Positions 1-14,026 of a DNA stretch of 64,000 nucleotides are shown in pieces (positions within the stretch are counted from its first letter, which is position 1; each line of letters starts with the position of its first letter). The DNA lies in NCBI RefSeq assembly GCF_009914755.1, contig NC_060927.1; one strand, written 5' to 3'. The DNA comes from the human T2T-CHM13v2.0 reference genome, Homo sapiens. The position numbers and the translations under genes are program-made. A model generated the notes under the pieces. It had not been told where the DNA came from, made no database searches, and saw nothing but the letters and a program-made list of their open reading frames with translations.

Positions 1-506
1 CAATATTAACAATTTCCTGCATATCTTCCCAGAAAATGCTGTGTATCTATGTATCCAGGCATATGCTGAGCAGACATATGCTAATTGTCCACTCATCACT
101 TACTCATTCAAGCAATTTTTTACACAGTAGTATTATACACAGTTTTGCACATGAATAATAAAAATATACATTGGAGATTGTTCTATATCCATTCATACAG
201 AGCTGCTTCATTTATCTTTTACTTGGAGATCATTCTATATCCAGTCTTAATAATCTATCTCATTCTTTTGTGTCATCTACACAATATTCCATTGCATGAA
301 TGTATTTAACCAATAATCTATTGATGGTTGGTCGCAATATTTTTTTAATAGAATGCTGCAATGACTATCTTTCTAGATACTAAAATCTTTTTGTAATAAG
401 AAATGACTATGTGATGTTAGTAATGTTTGGCTTCAAATCAAGTTAGTAAGCTACTTGAGAGACAAAATTGTTGGGTTATAGATGAATATTAAAAAGTAGA
501 GTCTGG

Positions 507-1440
<934 letters not shown>

Positions 1441-1977
1441 AGAGTACAAAGCATTAAATATATACACTATGTTTGAAATCTGTTTTCCCAAATAACTGTT
1501 AAAACAAAAGAAAAGCATAAAAGCCAAGAGGAAATCTCCACACACTTAGACTCCTCAGGGTGCGTAAATATATAGGCCTTACCCAGGGTCTTAGCGGTCC
1601 ACAGTAGAGCTTTGTCACACTAACAGCGAGAGCTCCTTGTAGAGTCCATGCCTTGGCACTAAGAACTTCCCCTAGAGAGTTTGGATCTAGCAATGTGGAC
1701 ATACAAATATTCATTTGTCACACATAATTCATCAAAAGGCTTTTGTACATGCAAGCAGAGGAGCACATTTCCTTTTGCCTTTCCCATTGACTTTTGTTTC
1801 TGAACTTCATTTTGAAATAATTACAAATTTAAAAGTTCCATGAATAACACAAAGAACTCCCACACATTCTTTATCCAAACTCACTATTTTTAAACATTTT
1901 GCCACATTCTTCCCCCCATATATTTTTTCTGTATTATTTGAGAATAAATTGCATACATTATGCCTCTGTATCCCTTA

Positions 1978-2715
<738 letters not shown>

Positions 2716-3273
2716 GCTGACTTGAAAAAATTTTGCTTTCAGCAACACTTGCCCAGATGGAACTGTGACTTGAATTGCATAGAAAAAAGTTCGCCCTGGG
2801 TACACCCTTCCCTAATGCTTAGTGTGGCAATGCCTTATAGACTTATGGCTCTGCTGTTCAGTCTAACTAATGACACCCTGTTTTCACACTCCCAGAAGTG
2901 ACCATTCCTGGAAAAGCAGAGCAGCTCTTCTGTTAGTTGCAGCTTTTACAAATGTCTCCAGCAAAGGGGCACTGCTTTAGTCAGTGGTTATTTTAACTCT
3001 TGTCACCCCCAAACTGATCCATCTGGTTGGCAGAGTGATGAAATACAATCTGCCTTGAACACAAAATCACAGGGGGCTCCCTCCCTGATTGACTCTAGGG
3101 CCTGCTGCCAGCAGGAAGTGAAGATACCACTTATTGTCTTTCCTGACAATCTGTTCCTGACTTCTAGGAACTCACACATATGGAACAACACTTTGATGTC
3201 TCCAAAAGACATTCAGACAGTGTAGTATGAATCTATCCTCAGGAAAAAAAATCTCCATAAAAGCATAATCAAG

Positions 3274-5174
3274 CTTTGCCGCCGCGCCGGCGAGCGCCGC
3301 CCGGGAGGCAGCGGCTGGAGGAGCGGACGGGCCCCGCGGGGCCCGAGGGCAAGGAGCAGCCGCCTGTCTTGGCCTCCCAAAGTGCCGAGATTGCAGCCTC
3401 TGCCCGGCTGCCACCCCGTCTGGGAAGTGAGGAGTGTCTCTGCCTGGCCGCCCATCGTCTGGGATGTGAGGAGCCCCTCTGCCTGGCTGCCCAGTCTGGA
3501 AAGTGAGGAGCGTCTCCGCCCGGCCGCCATCCCATCTAGGAGGTGAGGAGCGCCTCTTCCCAGCCGCGATCACATCTAGGAAGTGAGGAGCGTCTCTGCC
3601 CGGCCGCCCATCGTCTGAGATGTGGGGAGCGCCTCTGCCCCGCCGCCCCATCTGGGATGTGAGGAGCGCCTCTGCCCGGCCGAGACCCCGTCTGGGAGGT
3701 GAGGAGCGTCTCTGCCCGGCCGCCCCGTCTGAGAAGTGAGGAGACCCTCTGCCTGGCAACCACCCCGTCTGAGAAGTGAGGAGCCCCTCCGCCCGGCAGC
3801 TGCCCCGTCTGAGAAGTGAGGAGCCTCTCCGCCCGGCAGCCATCCCATCTGGGAAGTGAGGAGCGTCTCCGCCCGGCAGCCACCCCGTCCGGGAGGGAGG
3901 TGGGGGGGTCAGCCCCCCGCCCGGCCAGCCGCCCCATCCGGGAGGGAGGTGGGGGGTCAGCCACCCCGCCCGGCCAGCCGTGCCATCCGGGAGGGAGGTG
4001 GGGGGGTCAGCCCCCCGCCTGGCCAGCCGTGCCGTCCGGGAGGGAGGTGGGGGGGTCAGCCCCCCGCCTGGCCAGCCGCCCCGTCCGGGAGGTGAGGGGC
4101 GCCTCTGCCCGGCCGCCCCTACTGGGAAGTGAGGAGCCCCTCAGCCCGGCCAGCCACCCCGTCCGGGAGGGAGATGGGGGGGTCAGCCCCCCCACCTGGC
4201 CAGCCGCCCCGTCCGGGAGGGAGGTAGGGGGTCAGCCCCCCACCTGGCCAGCCGCCCCGTCCGGGAGGGAGGTGGGGGGGTCAGCCCCCCGCCCGGCCAG
4301 CCGCCCTGTCCGGGAGGGAGGTGGGGGGGGGTCAGCCCTCCGCCCGGCCAGCCGCCCCGTCTGGGAGGTGAGGGGCGCCTCTGCCCGGCCGCCCCTACTG
4401 GGAAGTGAGGAGCCCCTCTGCCCGGCCAGCCGCCCCGTCCGGGAGGGAGGTGGGGGGGTCGGCCCCCCGCCCGGCCAGCCGCCCCGTCCGGGAGGGAGGT
4501 GGGGGGGGTCGGCCCCCCTGCCCGGCCAGCCGCCCCGTCCGGGAGGTGAGGGGCGCCTCTGCTCGGCCGCCCCTACTGGGAAGTGAGGAGCCCCTCTGCC
4601 CGGCCACCGCCCCGTCTGGGAGGTGTGCCCAACAGCTCATTGAGAACGGGCCAGGATGACAAGGGCGGCTTTGCGGAATAGAAAGGCGGGAAAGGTGGGG
4701 AAAAGATTGAGAAATCGGATGGTTGCCGTGTCTGGGTAGAAAGAAATAGACATGGGAGACTTTTCATTTTGTTCTGCACTAAGAAAAATTCCTCTGCCTT
4801 GGGATCCTGTTGATCTGTGACCTTACCCCCAACCCTGTGCTCTCTGAAACATGTGCTGTGTCCACTCAGGGTTAAATGGATTAAGGGCGGTGCAAGATGT
4901 GCTTTGTTAAACAGATGCTTGAAGGCAGCATGCTCGTTAAGAGTCATCACCAATCCCTAATCTCAAGTAATCAGGGACACAAACACTGCGGAAGGCCGCA
5001 GGGTCCTCTGCCTAGGAAAACCAGAGACCTTTGTTCACTTGTTTATCTGCTGACCTTCCCTCCACTATTGTCCCATGACCCTGCCAAATCCCCCTCTGTG
5101 AGAAACACCCAAGAATTATCAATAAAAAAATAAATTTAAAAAAAACAAAAACAAAAAACAAAACAAAACAAAAC
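3274..5174 (+). mobile_element. SVA_F1 retrotransposon, 5'-truncated: MAST2 exon-1 piece 3274-3359, Alu-like remnant, GC-rich VNTR ~3410-4620, SINE-R ~4620-5125, A/AAAAC tail
   Basis: Perfect 15-bp TSD AAAAGCATAATCAAG at 3259-3273 and 5175-5189; SVA VNTR and SINE-R; no CCCTCT hexamer, and the 5' segment encodes LPPRRRAPPGRQRLEERTGPAGPEGKEQ, matching the MAST2 N-terminus as recalled. Confidence 0.95.
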
Positions 5175-5189
5175 AAAAGCATAATCAAG

Positions 5190-5485
5190 TGGGGTACGGT
5201 GACTCACACCTGTAATCCCAGCACTTTGGGAGGCCAAGGCCAGAGAATCACTTGAGCCCAGGAGTTTGAGACCAGCCTGGGCAATATGGCAAGACCCTGT
5301 TTCCACACACACAAAATTTTTTTTTTTAATTAGCCGGGTGTGGTGGTGCATGCCTGTAGTCCCAGCTACTCGGGAGGCTGAGATGGGAGGATCCCTTGAG
5401 CCCAGGAGGTCAAGGCTCCAGTGAGCCATGATCTCGCCACTGCACTCCAGCCTGGGTGACAGAGCAAGACCCTGTCTCAAAAAAA
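5190..5485 (+). mobile_element. Alu (AluJ-like) abutting the SVA 3' TSD
   Basis: Diverged Alu dimer starting right after the TSD. Confidence 0.9.
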
Positions 5486-6050
5486 CTCATCAAAACTCCA
5501 CATATTTTGGTTACTTAGGAAAATGTTTCTAGTAGTAAAGGCATGTTGATCTATTTCTGCAATTTACTGTCAAAAAGTTCAGAAAACACACAGGTAAGGC
5601 AAATATGACAAAATGGTAACGACTTAGAATCAAGGAGCTCTGTGTGTGTTCACTGTAATTTCAATATTTCTGTACATTTGAAATTTTTTATAACAAAAAG
5701 TTTAGGAAAATATGAAAAATGAACAATTTTAGTGGATACAGGTTCTACCTTGATTCAATATTATTCTCATTATCGTCTTCAAGACTAACTTCAGAGTCTA
5801 AGCTAGAGTGAGAAGTTACAAAATCAAGTTTTCTTCTGCCACCATCTTTGCCACTGATCCTGAGTTATCATATAACCAGAAAATGGGGAGACGGACCTGT
5901 CTGGTTGCACTTAAAGCATCTCATTTCTCTAGAGAAGCGTTTTCAGTGTCAATAGCCCACCAATTTCTTCTACAGCATTTCACGTGTCATGCTCGTTAAC
6001 ATGCTAGATTTGCACAGAGGAGACTGGGTTCCTGAGCCATATGTTCAAAG

Positions 6051-6474
6051 CAGGAACAGCTATATAATTTTTTCGTTTTTATTCAGTTTCGCTTTTGTAG
6101 CCTGGGCTGGAGTGCAAGGGCACGATCTTGGCTCACTGCCCCAGCCTCCTGAGTAGCTGGAATTACAGGTGTGATCGACCACACCATACTAATTTTGCAT
6201 TTTTAGTAGGGACGGGATTTAATCGTGTTGGCCAGGCTGGTCTTGAACTCCTGACTCCAGGTGATCCAAAAGCCTTGGCCTTCCAAAGGGTTGGGATTAC
6301 AGGCATGAGCCACCACGCTTGGCAACAGCTATATAATTTGAGGGGTCCAGTGCAAATGAAAATGAGAAATCTGTTCAAAAGTTACCGAGAATTTCAAGAC
6401 AGCAGAGTACAACTAGATATAGTCCTTCCAAGCGGGGCCCTACGTAAAGGTCATACGCTATGAAACCGGCTCTG
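6051..6474 (-). mobile_element. MER45A-like hAT DNA transposon interrupted by an Alu
   Basis: Termini CAGGAACAGCTATATAATTTG...ATGAAACCGGCTCTG and internal CCAGTGCAAATGAAAATG / GAATTTCAAGAC match the recalled MER45A consensus. Confidence 0.7.
6071..6323 (-). mobile_element. Alu with internal deletion in the right arm
   Basis: 16-bp TSD AACAGCTATATAATTT at 6055-6070 and 6324-6339. Confidence 0.9.
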
Positions 6475-6506
6475 TACAAAACCCAGTGAAGAATCTACAG
6501 ATGATT

Positions 6507-6820
6507 GGCCAGGTGCAGTGGCTCATGCCTGTAATTCCACCATTCGGGAGGCAGAAGCGGGCAGATCACTTGAGGTCAGGAGTATGAGACCAGCCTAGCC
6601 AACATGGTGAAACCCCTTCTCTACTTGAAAAAAAAAAAAAAAAAAATTAGCTGGGTGTGGTGGCGAGTGCGTATAATTCCAGCTACTCAGTCAGAAGGCT
6701 GAAGTAGGAGAATTGCTTGAACCCCGGAAGCAAAGGTTGCAGTGAGCCGAGACTGACACATTGCACTACTGCCTCGGCAACAGAGCGAGACTCTGTCTCA
6801 AAAAAAAAAAAACAAAAAAC
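6507..6820 (+). mobile_element. Alu (AluS-like)
   Basis: Dimer with expanded mid A-tract. Confidence 0.9.
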
Positions 6821-7141
6821 ACAGATGAGACCTCCTCCTCCCAGCCTTGTATGCTTGACACGCTTTGAGGGAGTGGGGGTGCAGGAGGAGCAGGCACTCC
6901 AGAGTCACTTCCTTGTATAGGTCTCTTCAATCCATTTCAACCTATCTTCTGAGAAATCCTTAAGACCAAAGATCCCTGAGATATTTATTAGTTTTCTAAA
7001 ACATAGGCATTTAGTGAGATGCTGATGTATGACATTATACAGTAGCAACAAGGCATTTTTCTGAAACAAAAGCCCAAATAAAGTTTATTAAAAGGAAACA
7101 CAAATAACTACATTCAAAAACAATTATTCAAAATATCATAG

Positions 7142-7606
<465 letters not shown>

Positions 7607-8112
7607 TAAGTTATTTGGAAACAAATCCAGATATACCAATAAAAATTCAGAAAGAAAATGCCTCATGGGGTTTTCTGACCCAGCCCTTTTACTCTTAAGC
7701 ATTTGCTACATTCCAAGTAACATTCTCAAATTAGTTATAAAAAACAAGCAGATACTTCCAGTAATCAAAAGGGGACTTATACAAGAGTGACAAAAAATAG
7801 CATAATTTCTTCCCTTCCTCGTCCCCGTGCCCCAATACAGGCCTTTTGCTATTGATATAAATTATTTATCACTTTTAAGAATAAGGCCCTTAGTGTTGAC
7901 CTTCCCACTTCTAATAAATGTGGTATTTTTAAAAGGGCATGCTTCATGTGGCTTAGAATAGCATCTGGAAGAATACAGCTAACAAATTGTTAACAGTAGC
8001 ATTAGACTAAGTATTTGTGATGGGGCTAGAGAGGACTTTTACTTTCCTCATTTTTGCTTACCTGAATATATGCAATGAGCATGTGTTTCTTTTATCAATC
8101 AAAAAAATCAGT

Positions 8113-8436
8113 CGGGGCCGGCATGGTGGCTCATGCCTATAATCCCAGCACTATGGGAGGCCGGACAGGAGGATCACTTGAGCCCATGGGTTTGAGACCA
8201 GCCTAAGCAACACAGGGGATCCGAGGTATACAGAAAAGAAAAAATTAATAAACAAAAATAAATTAGCTGGGTATGGCGGTGGCACATGCCTGTGGCACAT
8301 GCCTACTAAGGAGGCTGAGGTGGAAAGATTGGTTGGGCTGGGGAGGTTGAGGCTACAGTGAGCCGTGATTGTGCCATTGCACTCCAGCCTAGGTGACAGA
8401 GCAAGATATTGTCAAAAAATAAATAAATAAAAATAA
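8113..8436 (+). mobile_element. Alu (AluJ-like)
   Basis: Diverged dimer, (AAAT)n tail. Confidence 0.85.
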
Positions 8437-9994
8437 AGATAATTTTTAGAAAGAAAAAACCCCAGCATGTACTTTGGATCTAGCATGGTGACTTATTTTC
8501 AGTCACTCAATCGAATATTAAGATTCTTAATGTTTTTCTTAATGTTTGAGCCTGAGCCTTAGTTTCCTTACTTACCTATAAAATAAGGTTAATACTTAAT
8601 ACACAGAGATGTCATGAGGAAAATGCTAACCACATGGTAAATACACAATCATTAAAGTTCCTTCTCTGAGCCTCAATTTCCTTGCCTGTAAAATGTGGAA
8701 GCTGGATTTGTTGTCTATGATTCTTTCTGGAGTTATAATATTGTGATTCCCTCCTTTTATATTCACAGAAAAAGGTTGCTAAATGAACTTAATGTCTTCA
8801 TTTGTCTTCAGGTAGTTACTTTTCTTTTATTTCCTGAATAACCAGGAAGCCACAAACATATGAGCAGTGCCTCTGGAATGTCTGGGCTACTCCACCCTGG
8901 GCACCTGGGAAATGACAGGGTATTTCCACTCATTAGAATCTCCCTGATGAAGAGAGCTTTCCTTAGTGGGAAGAGGACCTAACTTCAGTTGTAATAAGCC
9001 AGTGTGTGCCACTAAAAATGTTATATACTCTCAATTTTGGGCTTTGAGTACTCCCAGCTTTCTCTTAATTGGTTTGCTTACCTATATTTGCAATCCAGGT
9101 ACTCTGCTGAAACAGTTATGCAAGTGTTCCATAATTTATTATATACCAAGTGTATGTCATTGGTCAAAGTCCAATTAGATCATTATTAATTAGAAAGGGC
9201 TGCTTATTAGTAGAGTTTACAGAGTTGTCTCCTACACATCAGAAATGCTAATAATTGCCCATCTTTGATGGTACTAGGATGATAATTTTACAAGTCTGTC
9301 TTTGCTTTTATAAGATTGAAAAGTGGCTTGGATCATAGCAGTGGCAATACTCATCAGACTATAAAAAGGCAGAAACTTAAAAAGGGAGAGAACTACAAAA
9401 TCAGGAAACATTGCCATTCCCAATTTCTCAAAATATGACATGTTTTTTATTTAATAAAAATTTTGTGTGGATACAGAATCACAGAGAGGAACACCCACAT
9501 GACTTAGAATTCAAAGTATCTCATGTATGAGATTTCTTAATTTAAGCCTTTTCTGTGCCTGCTGAATACCAGTGGGTGAAGAATGCCTTCAATGCCATTT
9601 TGGCATTTCTAGCACCCTGTGTAGCTTGATAGGATTCTTTATCCTGACATGTTATAGTAGTCCCAGCTTTTCTTGTAGAAGAAAGTCCACTCTGCTTAAC
9701 ATTAATTTTAAGAGATATTATAGTAGAACTGAATATAAACAGACTTTTTTTGTTTCCATATGTATGATTAAGTTTCTCTATATACAAACTAGAGATAAAA
9801 CAACTTGCTCCTTACTATATGTGGAAGGCTGGGGGAATTCTTTCTATGAGCAATAATGATAAATATTAACATTCTGTGAGTGTCTACTATTTCCCAGCCA
9901 CCATGGTTGGCATTTTGTATTCCATTGTTTTATTTAATCCTAAGAAGACTCTGTAAGGTATTATCTACCTTTTTCCTTCCCCCTTCCCAACCCC

Positions 9995-10035
9995 TTTTTT
10001 TTTTTTTTAAAAAAAAGACTAGTCAAGTGCAGTAG
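9995..10035 (-). pseudogene. Very short 3'-terminal retrocopy of Y1 RNA with poly-A, inside a MIR
   Basis: Minus strand reads CTACTGCACTTGACTAGTCTTTT, identical to the recalled hY1 3' end, then extra Ts and A14. Confidence 0.7.
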
Positions 10036-11226
10036 ATATATGCTTTTTTTTTTTTCAGATAAGGAAGCTGAAATTTAGGGAAGCTAAATAATTTACCATT
10101 TATGGTGCTGGTAAAAGTATGCCATGTCTGATTCCAGCACCTTGACTTTCATTACTTCTCTTTGATCTTCTAGGAGGAAGATGGAAATGTTCTGAAGTCT
10201 GGTGCATTGCCTAGAAGTCCTTCAGCAACTGAAACCTCACTTCTGTCACTCTTTCTCCTCGTTTTCCCTTATCTCTTATGCTCTGGTGATACGAACCTAC
10301 TTGCAATTCCCTTAAAGTCCTGTTCTCTCAAGTCTCTGGACTTTTGTTGGGATTGCTTCTTAGCTTAAAATTTCTTTATCCCAATAGCATCAGACTAGCT
10401 GTTCTAATCCTTTCAAGTTTCAGTTTAAACTACTCTGCCATGTTTCCACTACTCTTGACATACTCCATTACAGCAAGGATCTTTCTGTGTCATCACCTAA
10501 ATCGAGCAACTTGAGGGAGTCTTTTTGTTTCTTCATTATTGTATTTCCAGGACCTTTCAAAATATCTATTTCACAGTATCAATTAAATGTTTATAGAATG
10601 AATGTATGAAAGAATGCATAAATGACTTGCTATTCGTGCAAAAAAAACTCATTAGGGATCTGTGGAGGGTCCTATCTTATTTTATTCCTTAACAGCCTAA
10701 AAGTTATCAGAAGTGAAAACTTTTCATCCTCTCATAAGAAAGCTTTCCAACATATCCTCATTTTGAATAGCATACCTGGAACACAGTGGTAGCTTGACAC
10801 ATATTTGTTGAATTGATGAAGAGCTTGAAAAACGAATATAACGTCTTTATTATATAATGCCTATTCTTTCCAGACTCACTTTGTGTCCCGCCTACTTTAT
10901 CCTCTAATAATGAGTAACAGTATGTAATTTTCATTCATGCATCAAATACTTATTTATCCACTATTATGTGCCGGCACATTGGTGCACTGTTTCAAGTAGG
11001 CTCCTTCTTTTCCTTGCTATCCGTGTTTGTGGAAATTCATGAAACCATTCAGCGAATACCATATTTATTGTGGTTTTCCTATCTTCCTTCATTCAGTTCA
11101 GTTACTTCTCCCAGACCATCCCTGACCCCTTGGGCAGCTAGTGCCTGCCTCTATCTTAGCCCTGATTACATCAATTTCATGTTTGTCACTCCCTACCCTC
11201 ATTTCTAACCCACAATACCGTTATGA

Positions 11227-11664
<438 letters not shown>

Positions 11665-12514
11665 AATTGCTACTCTTTATTGAACAACATGGATTAACAT
11701 TTTGAAGTCTCACCACATCAAGTGAATTAACTATTATTAACATGTCATCCATGAGAAAAAAGAGGCTTGAAAAAGTTTAGAAACTTGCTTAAGGTCACAC
11801 AGTGGTGGAGCCTGTTATTGCAGGAATCTGAAGAATGAAGTCACCTTTGATTCTAAATGAGTAAGTCTCCTTCTCACTATTTTTTCTTAAAGTTTTCATT
11901 TAGCCCTTGCAAAGTCTTCCTTCTTTAGACCAATGACTCCTCATCTTGATATTGTAAGTGGGGGAAATACCCTCTTTTTTCACTTTGGAAATTATTCAAT
12001 CTCTCTTTGGAAGAAACATGATTTTAAACTTTCTGGACGCTCCTTCTGTGGAAGAATCCGCGCAGGAGCCCTGGGGGCACATAATAGGTTCAGTGAGAAA
12101 GACTGTCATTCGAAATGGAATGCGGGAACTAAGATTTTTTTTTTCCGGGAAGAAAACATAACGAATTTAGCAGAGGGGAGAATGGTCCTTCTGTTAGGTG
12201 CACAAATCCTAAGACTTCAGGGAGTTTGGCGGCTCACACTTAAGGTAGCTGCGGGTGACTGTGTTGCCCACAGCTAAGATGGCTGCTAATGACCATCTCC
12301 TTTGGCTGGGTCTGTTCTTTTGCTCGCTAGTATTTTCATCGAGAATTAAACAGAATAAAATTTAGTAAAAGTTGGCACCCCCTTGCTAAGTAGATAAAAT
12401 AAGAAGGTGGCACTGTTTGTTTGAAAAACCTTCTACGGCGCAAATTGTTCTTGCCCTTAACCAAAATGGTCGTTAAGGTTGTCCCGAGGTTTGAAGCTTC
12501 CAGCCCTTAACTAA

Positions 12515-13640
12515 GATGGCGCCTGGAGGCCCGTTAAAAATTACCTTGCCCTTTTTTCTGCCCTCTACCAACACGGCTTCCGTGGCGTCGTTCACGTGAC
12601 ATTCCTGGACTACGGCGCGGGAGAGGGGGTAGGAGGGCCCTTGAAGGGTGCGCGTTCCCGTGGCGGTGCACCGGGTAGGTTTCAGTCAGAGTCACTATGG
12701 CGGCCGGCGCTGGCAAGGTAAGCTGAGGCGGTGGTGGCGGCTAGGGAGGTAGGACCCGTCGTGGCGTCCTGGCTCCAAATCCTCGTAGCCTGCTTGCGGA
12801 GAGGTCGGCGGAGGTCGTGCCTAGCGGTGTGGGCTGGCGGGGGTCTGGCTGGAGGGGGCGACGGCTGAGGCGGGCGGGCTGAGGCGCCTGACGGCCGTTT
12901 GTTTTGATGTTTTCCCCACCAGGTCGGAAAGTTTCCTGCCTCGTCGGGCGCAGCTTGAGCTTGCCCCATCGGCCGCGATCGGTGGAGGCTGCGGCGGATC
13001 CAGCCCGGGGCCTCAAGGCCTCTCCCCAACCTCCGGGCCAGTCTCCCTCCCCCACCTTCTCGTCCGCCGGGAGCTGCGGCTGCCGTCCCTGAGATGCGAC
13101 CCTCGCGGGGGCGACCCTGAGGGGAGGCGGCCCATGTGCTGAGCGGCGGCCCAGAAGCCTAGGCGTCCGGGGACCAACTTCCTGCCGCCTGGGAACTCGA
13201 GCCTCCCGGTGTCGCGCCTCGCTCGGTCCGCACCGGCCTGCGGAGCCGGGTCCCCGCCCTGGTCGCGGGGACGCTCGCCAGGTGCCCAGGAGTCCCGACT
13301 TGGCCACTGCCCGCGCCCCGCCGGCCTCCACGCCTCGCGCGGAGAACCTCAGCCACCGCCGTCTCGGATCGTGCCAGGCCGGGGACCGCGTCCCCCTTCC
13401 CGGGGCGGCCTCCGCTCAGCAGGGGCGATGCAGACTGTCCCGCCGGCCGTCTAGAGCCCCTCCGTCTCCGTCACCTCTCGCCCCTTCACTCCGGGCGAGG
13501 ACTGGCGGTGGCTGCCCAGAGGTGCCCAGCCACACCTTCCTTCGGCCCAAAAGGACTTTCCTGGCCGCGCCGAACCGACCCTTCATTCATGCTGCAGTGC
13601 TGCAACGTTTCCGCCACCAAGGGGGAAAAGCGGCCGCGAT
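12515..13640. promoter_or_regulatory. SLMAP: CpG island / SLMAP promoter and 5' region
   Basis: Non-repeat GC- and CpG-rich block; YY1-type AAGATGGCG (12513), E-box TCACGTGAC (12592), Inr-like TCAGTC (12682). Confidence 0.9.
12684..12717 (+). other. SLMAP: Predicted short first exon of SLMAP (TSS approximate)
   Basis: Inr-like TCAGTC; strong donor AAG|GTAAGC at 12717/12718; branch-like CCTGAC (~12891) and pyrimidine tract ending CCACCAG at 12922. Confidence 0.65.
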
Positions 13641-14026
13641 CTCAAACCAAACACAAGAATTGGCGTGTGACTCATCTGCTTGGATACCTCCAGTCCCCAA
13701 ACTGTGTTCCAGGAGTTTTCTTGGCCGAAGCTGCCCGATGTTTGAGCCTTTTCTTCCCAGAGAAGAAGATGGACTGAAAGCTGCCAGTTGGGGACTTTTT
13801 GTGATCACGGCGTTGCAGCGTTTTAAAGGAGGTGATGGGGCTTGCGCTGGCTTGTCTTCCCACCCAAGTGAAGAGTTGATGTTCACTGGTTATACTTAGA
13901 CAATGTGCAGTTTGTGTTAATTTAAAATTTTGGGTGGGATAGGGGCATAGGCTTGTGAAGGGCAGTCCGGATCCGGAGGAACTCCTCTTTGTCCCTGGTA
14001 GGAGAGACACCCCCAGTCTATCCTCG
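12923..14026 (+). other. SLMAP: Predicted long 5' UTR part of SLMAP exon 2
   Basis: Between the acceptor at 12922 and ATG 14027; alternative acceptor TTTTCTTCCCAG| at 13760. Confidence 0.55.

Noticed and set aside
3276-3506. MAST2-like ORF as a real gene
   Set aside because: Only 28 codons of transduced exon, with a TTG start, running into SVA sequence
3410-4620. Array of ~35-50-bp repeats that could look CRISPR-like
   Set aside because: Standard SVA VNTR in human DNA, with no unique spacers and no cas genes
3172-4953. Long ORFs (up to 256 aa) on both strands
   Set aside because: They lie in the GC-rich SVA VNTR/SINE-R, where stops are rare; the peptides are repetitive
5190-5485. Alu as an SVA_F1 3' transduction
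   Set aside because: It lies outside the TSD, so it pre-dates the SVA insertion
12370-12416. CTCF-like motifs (also at ~2958-2973)
   Set aside because: Only the 3' half of the consensus matches, or the spacing is wrong
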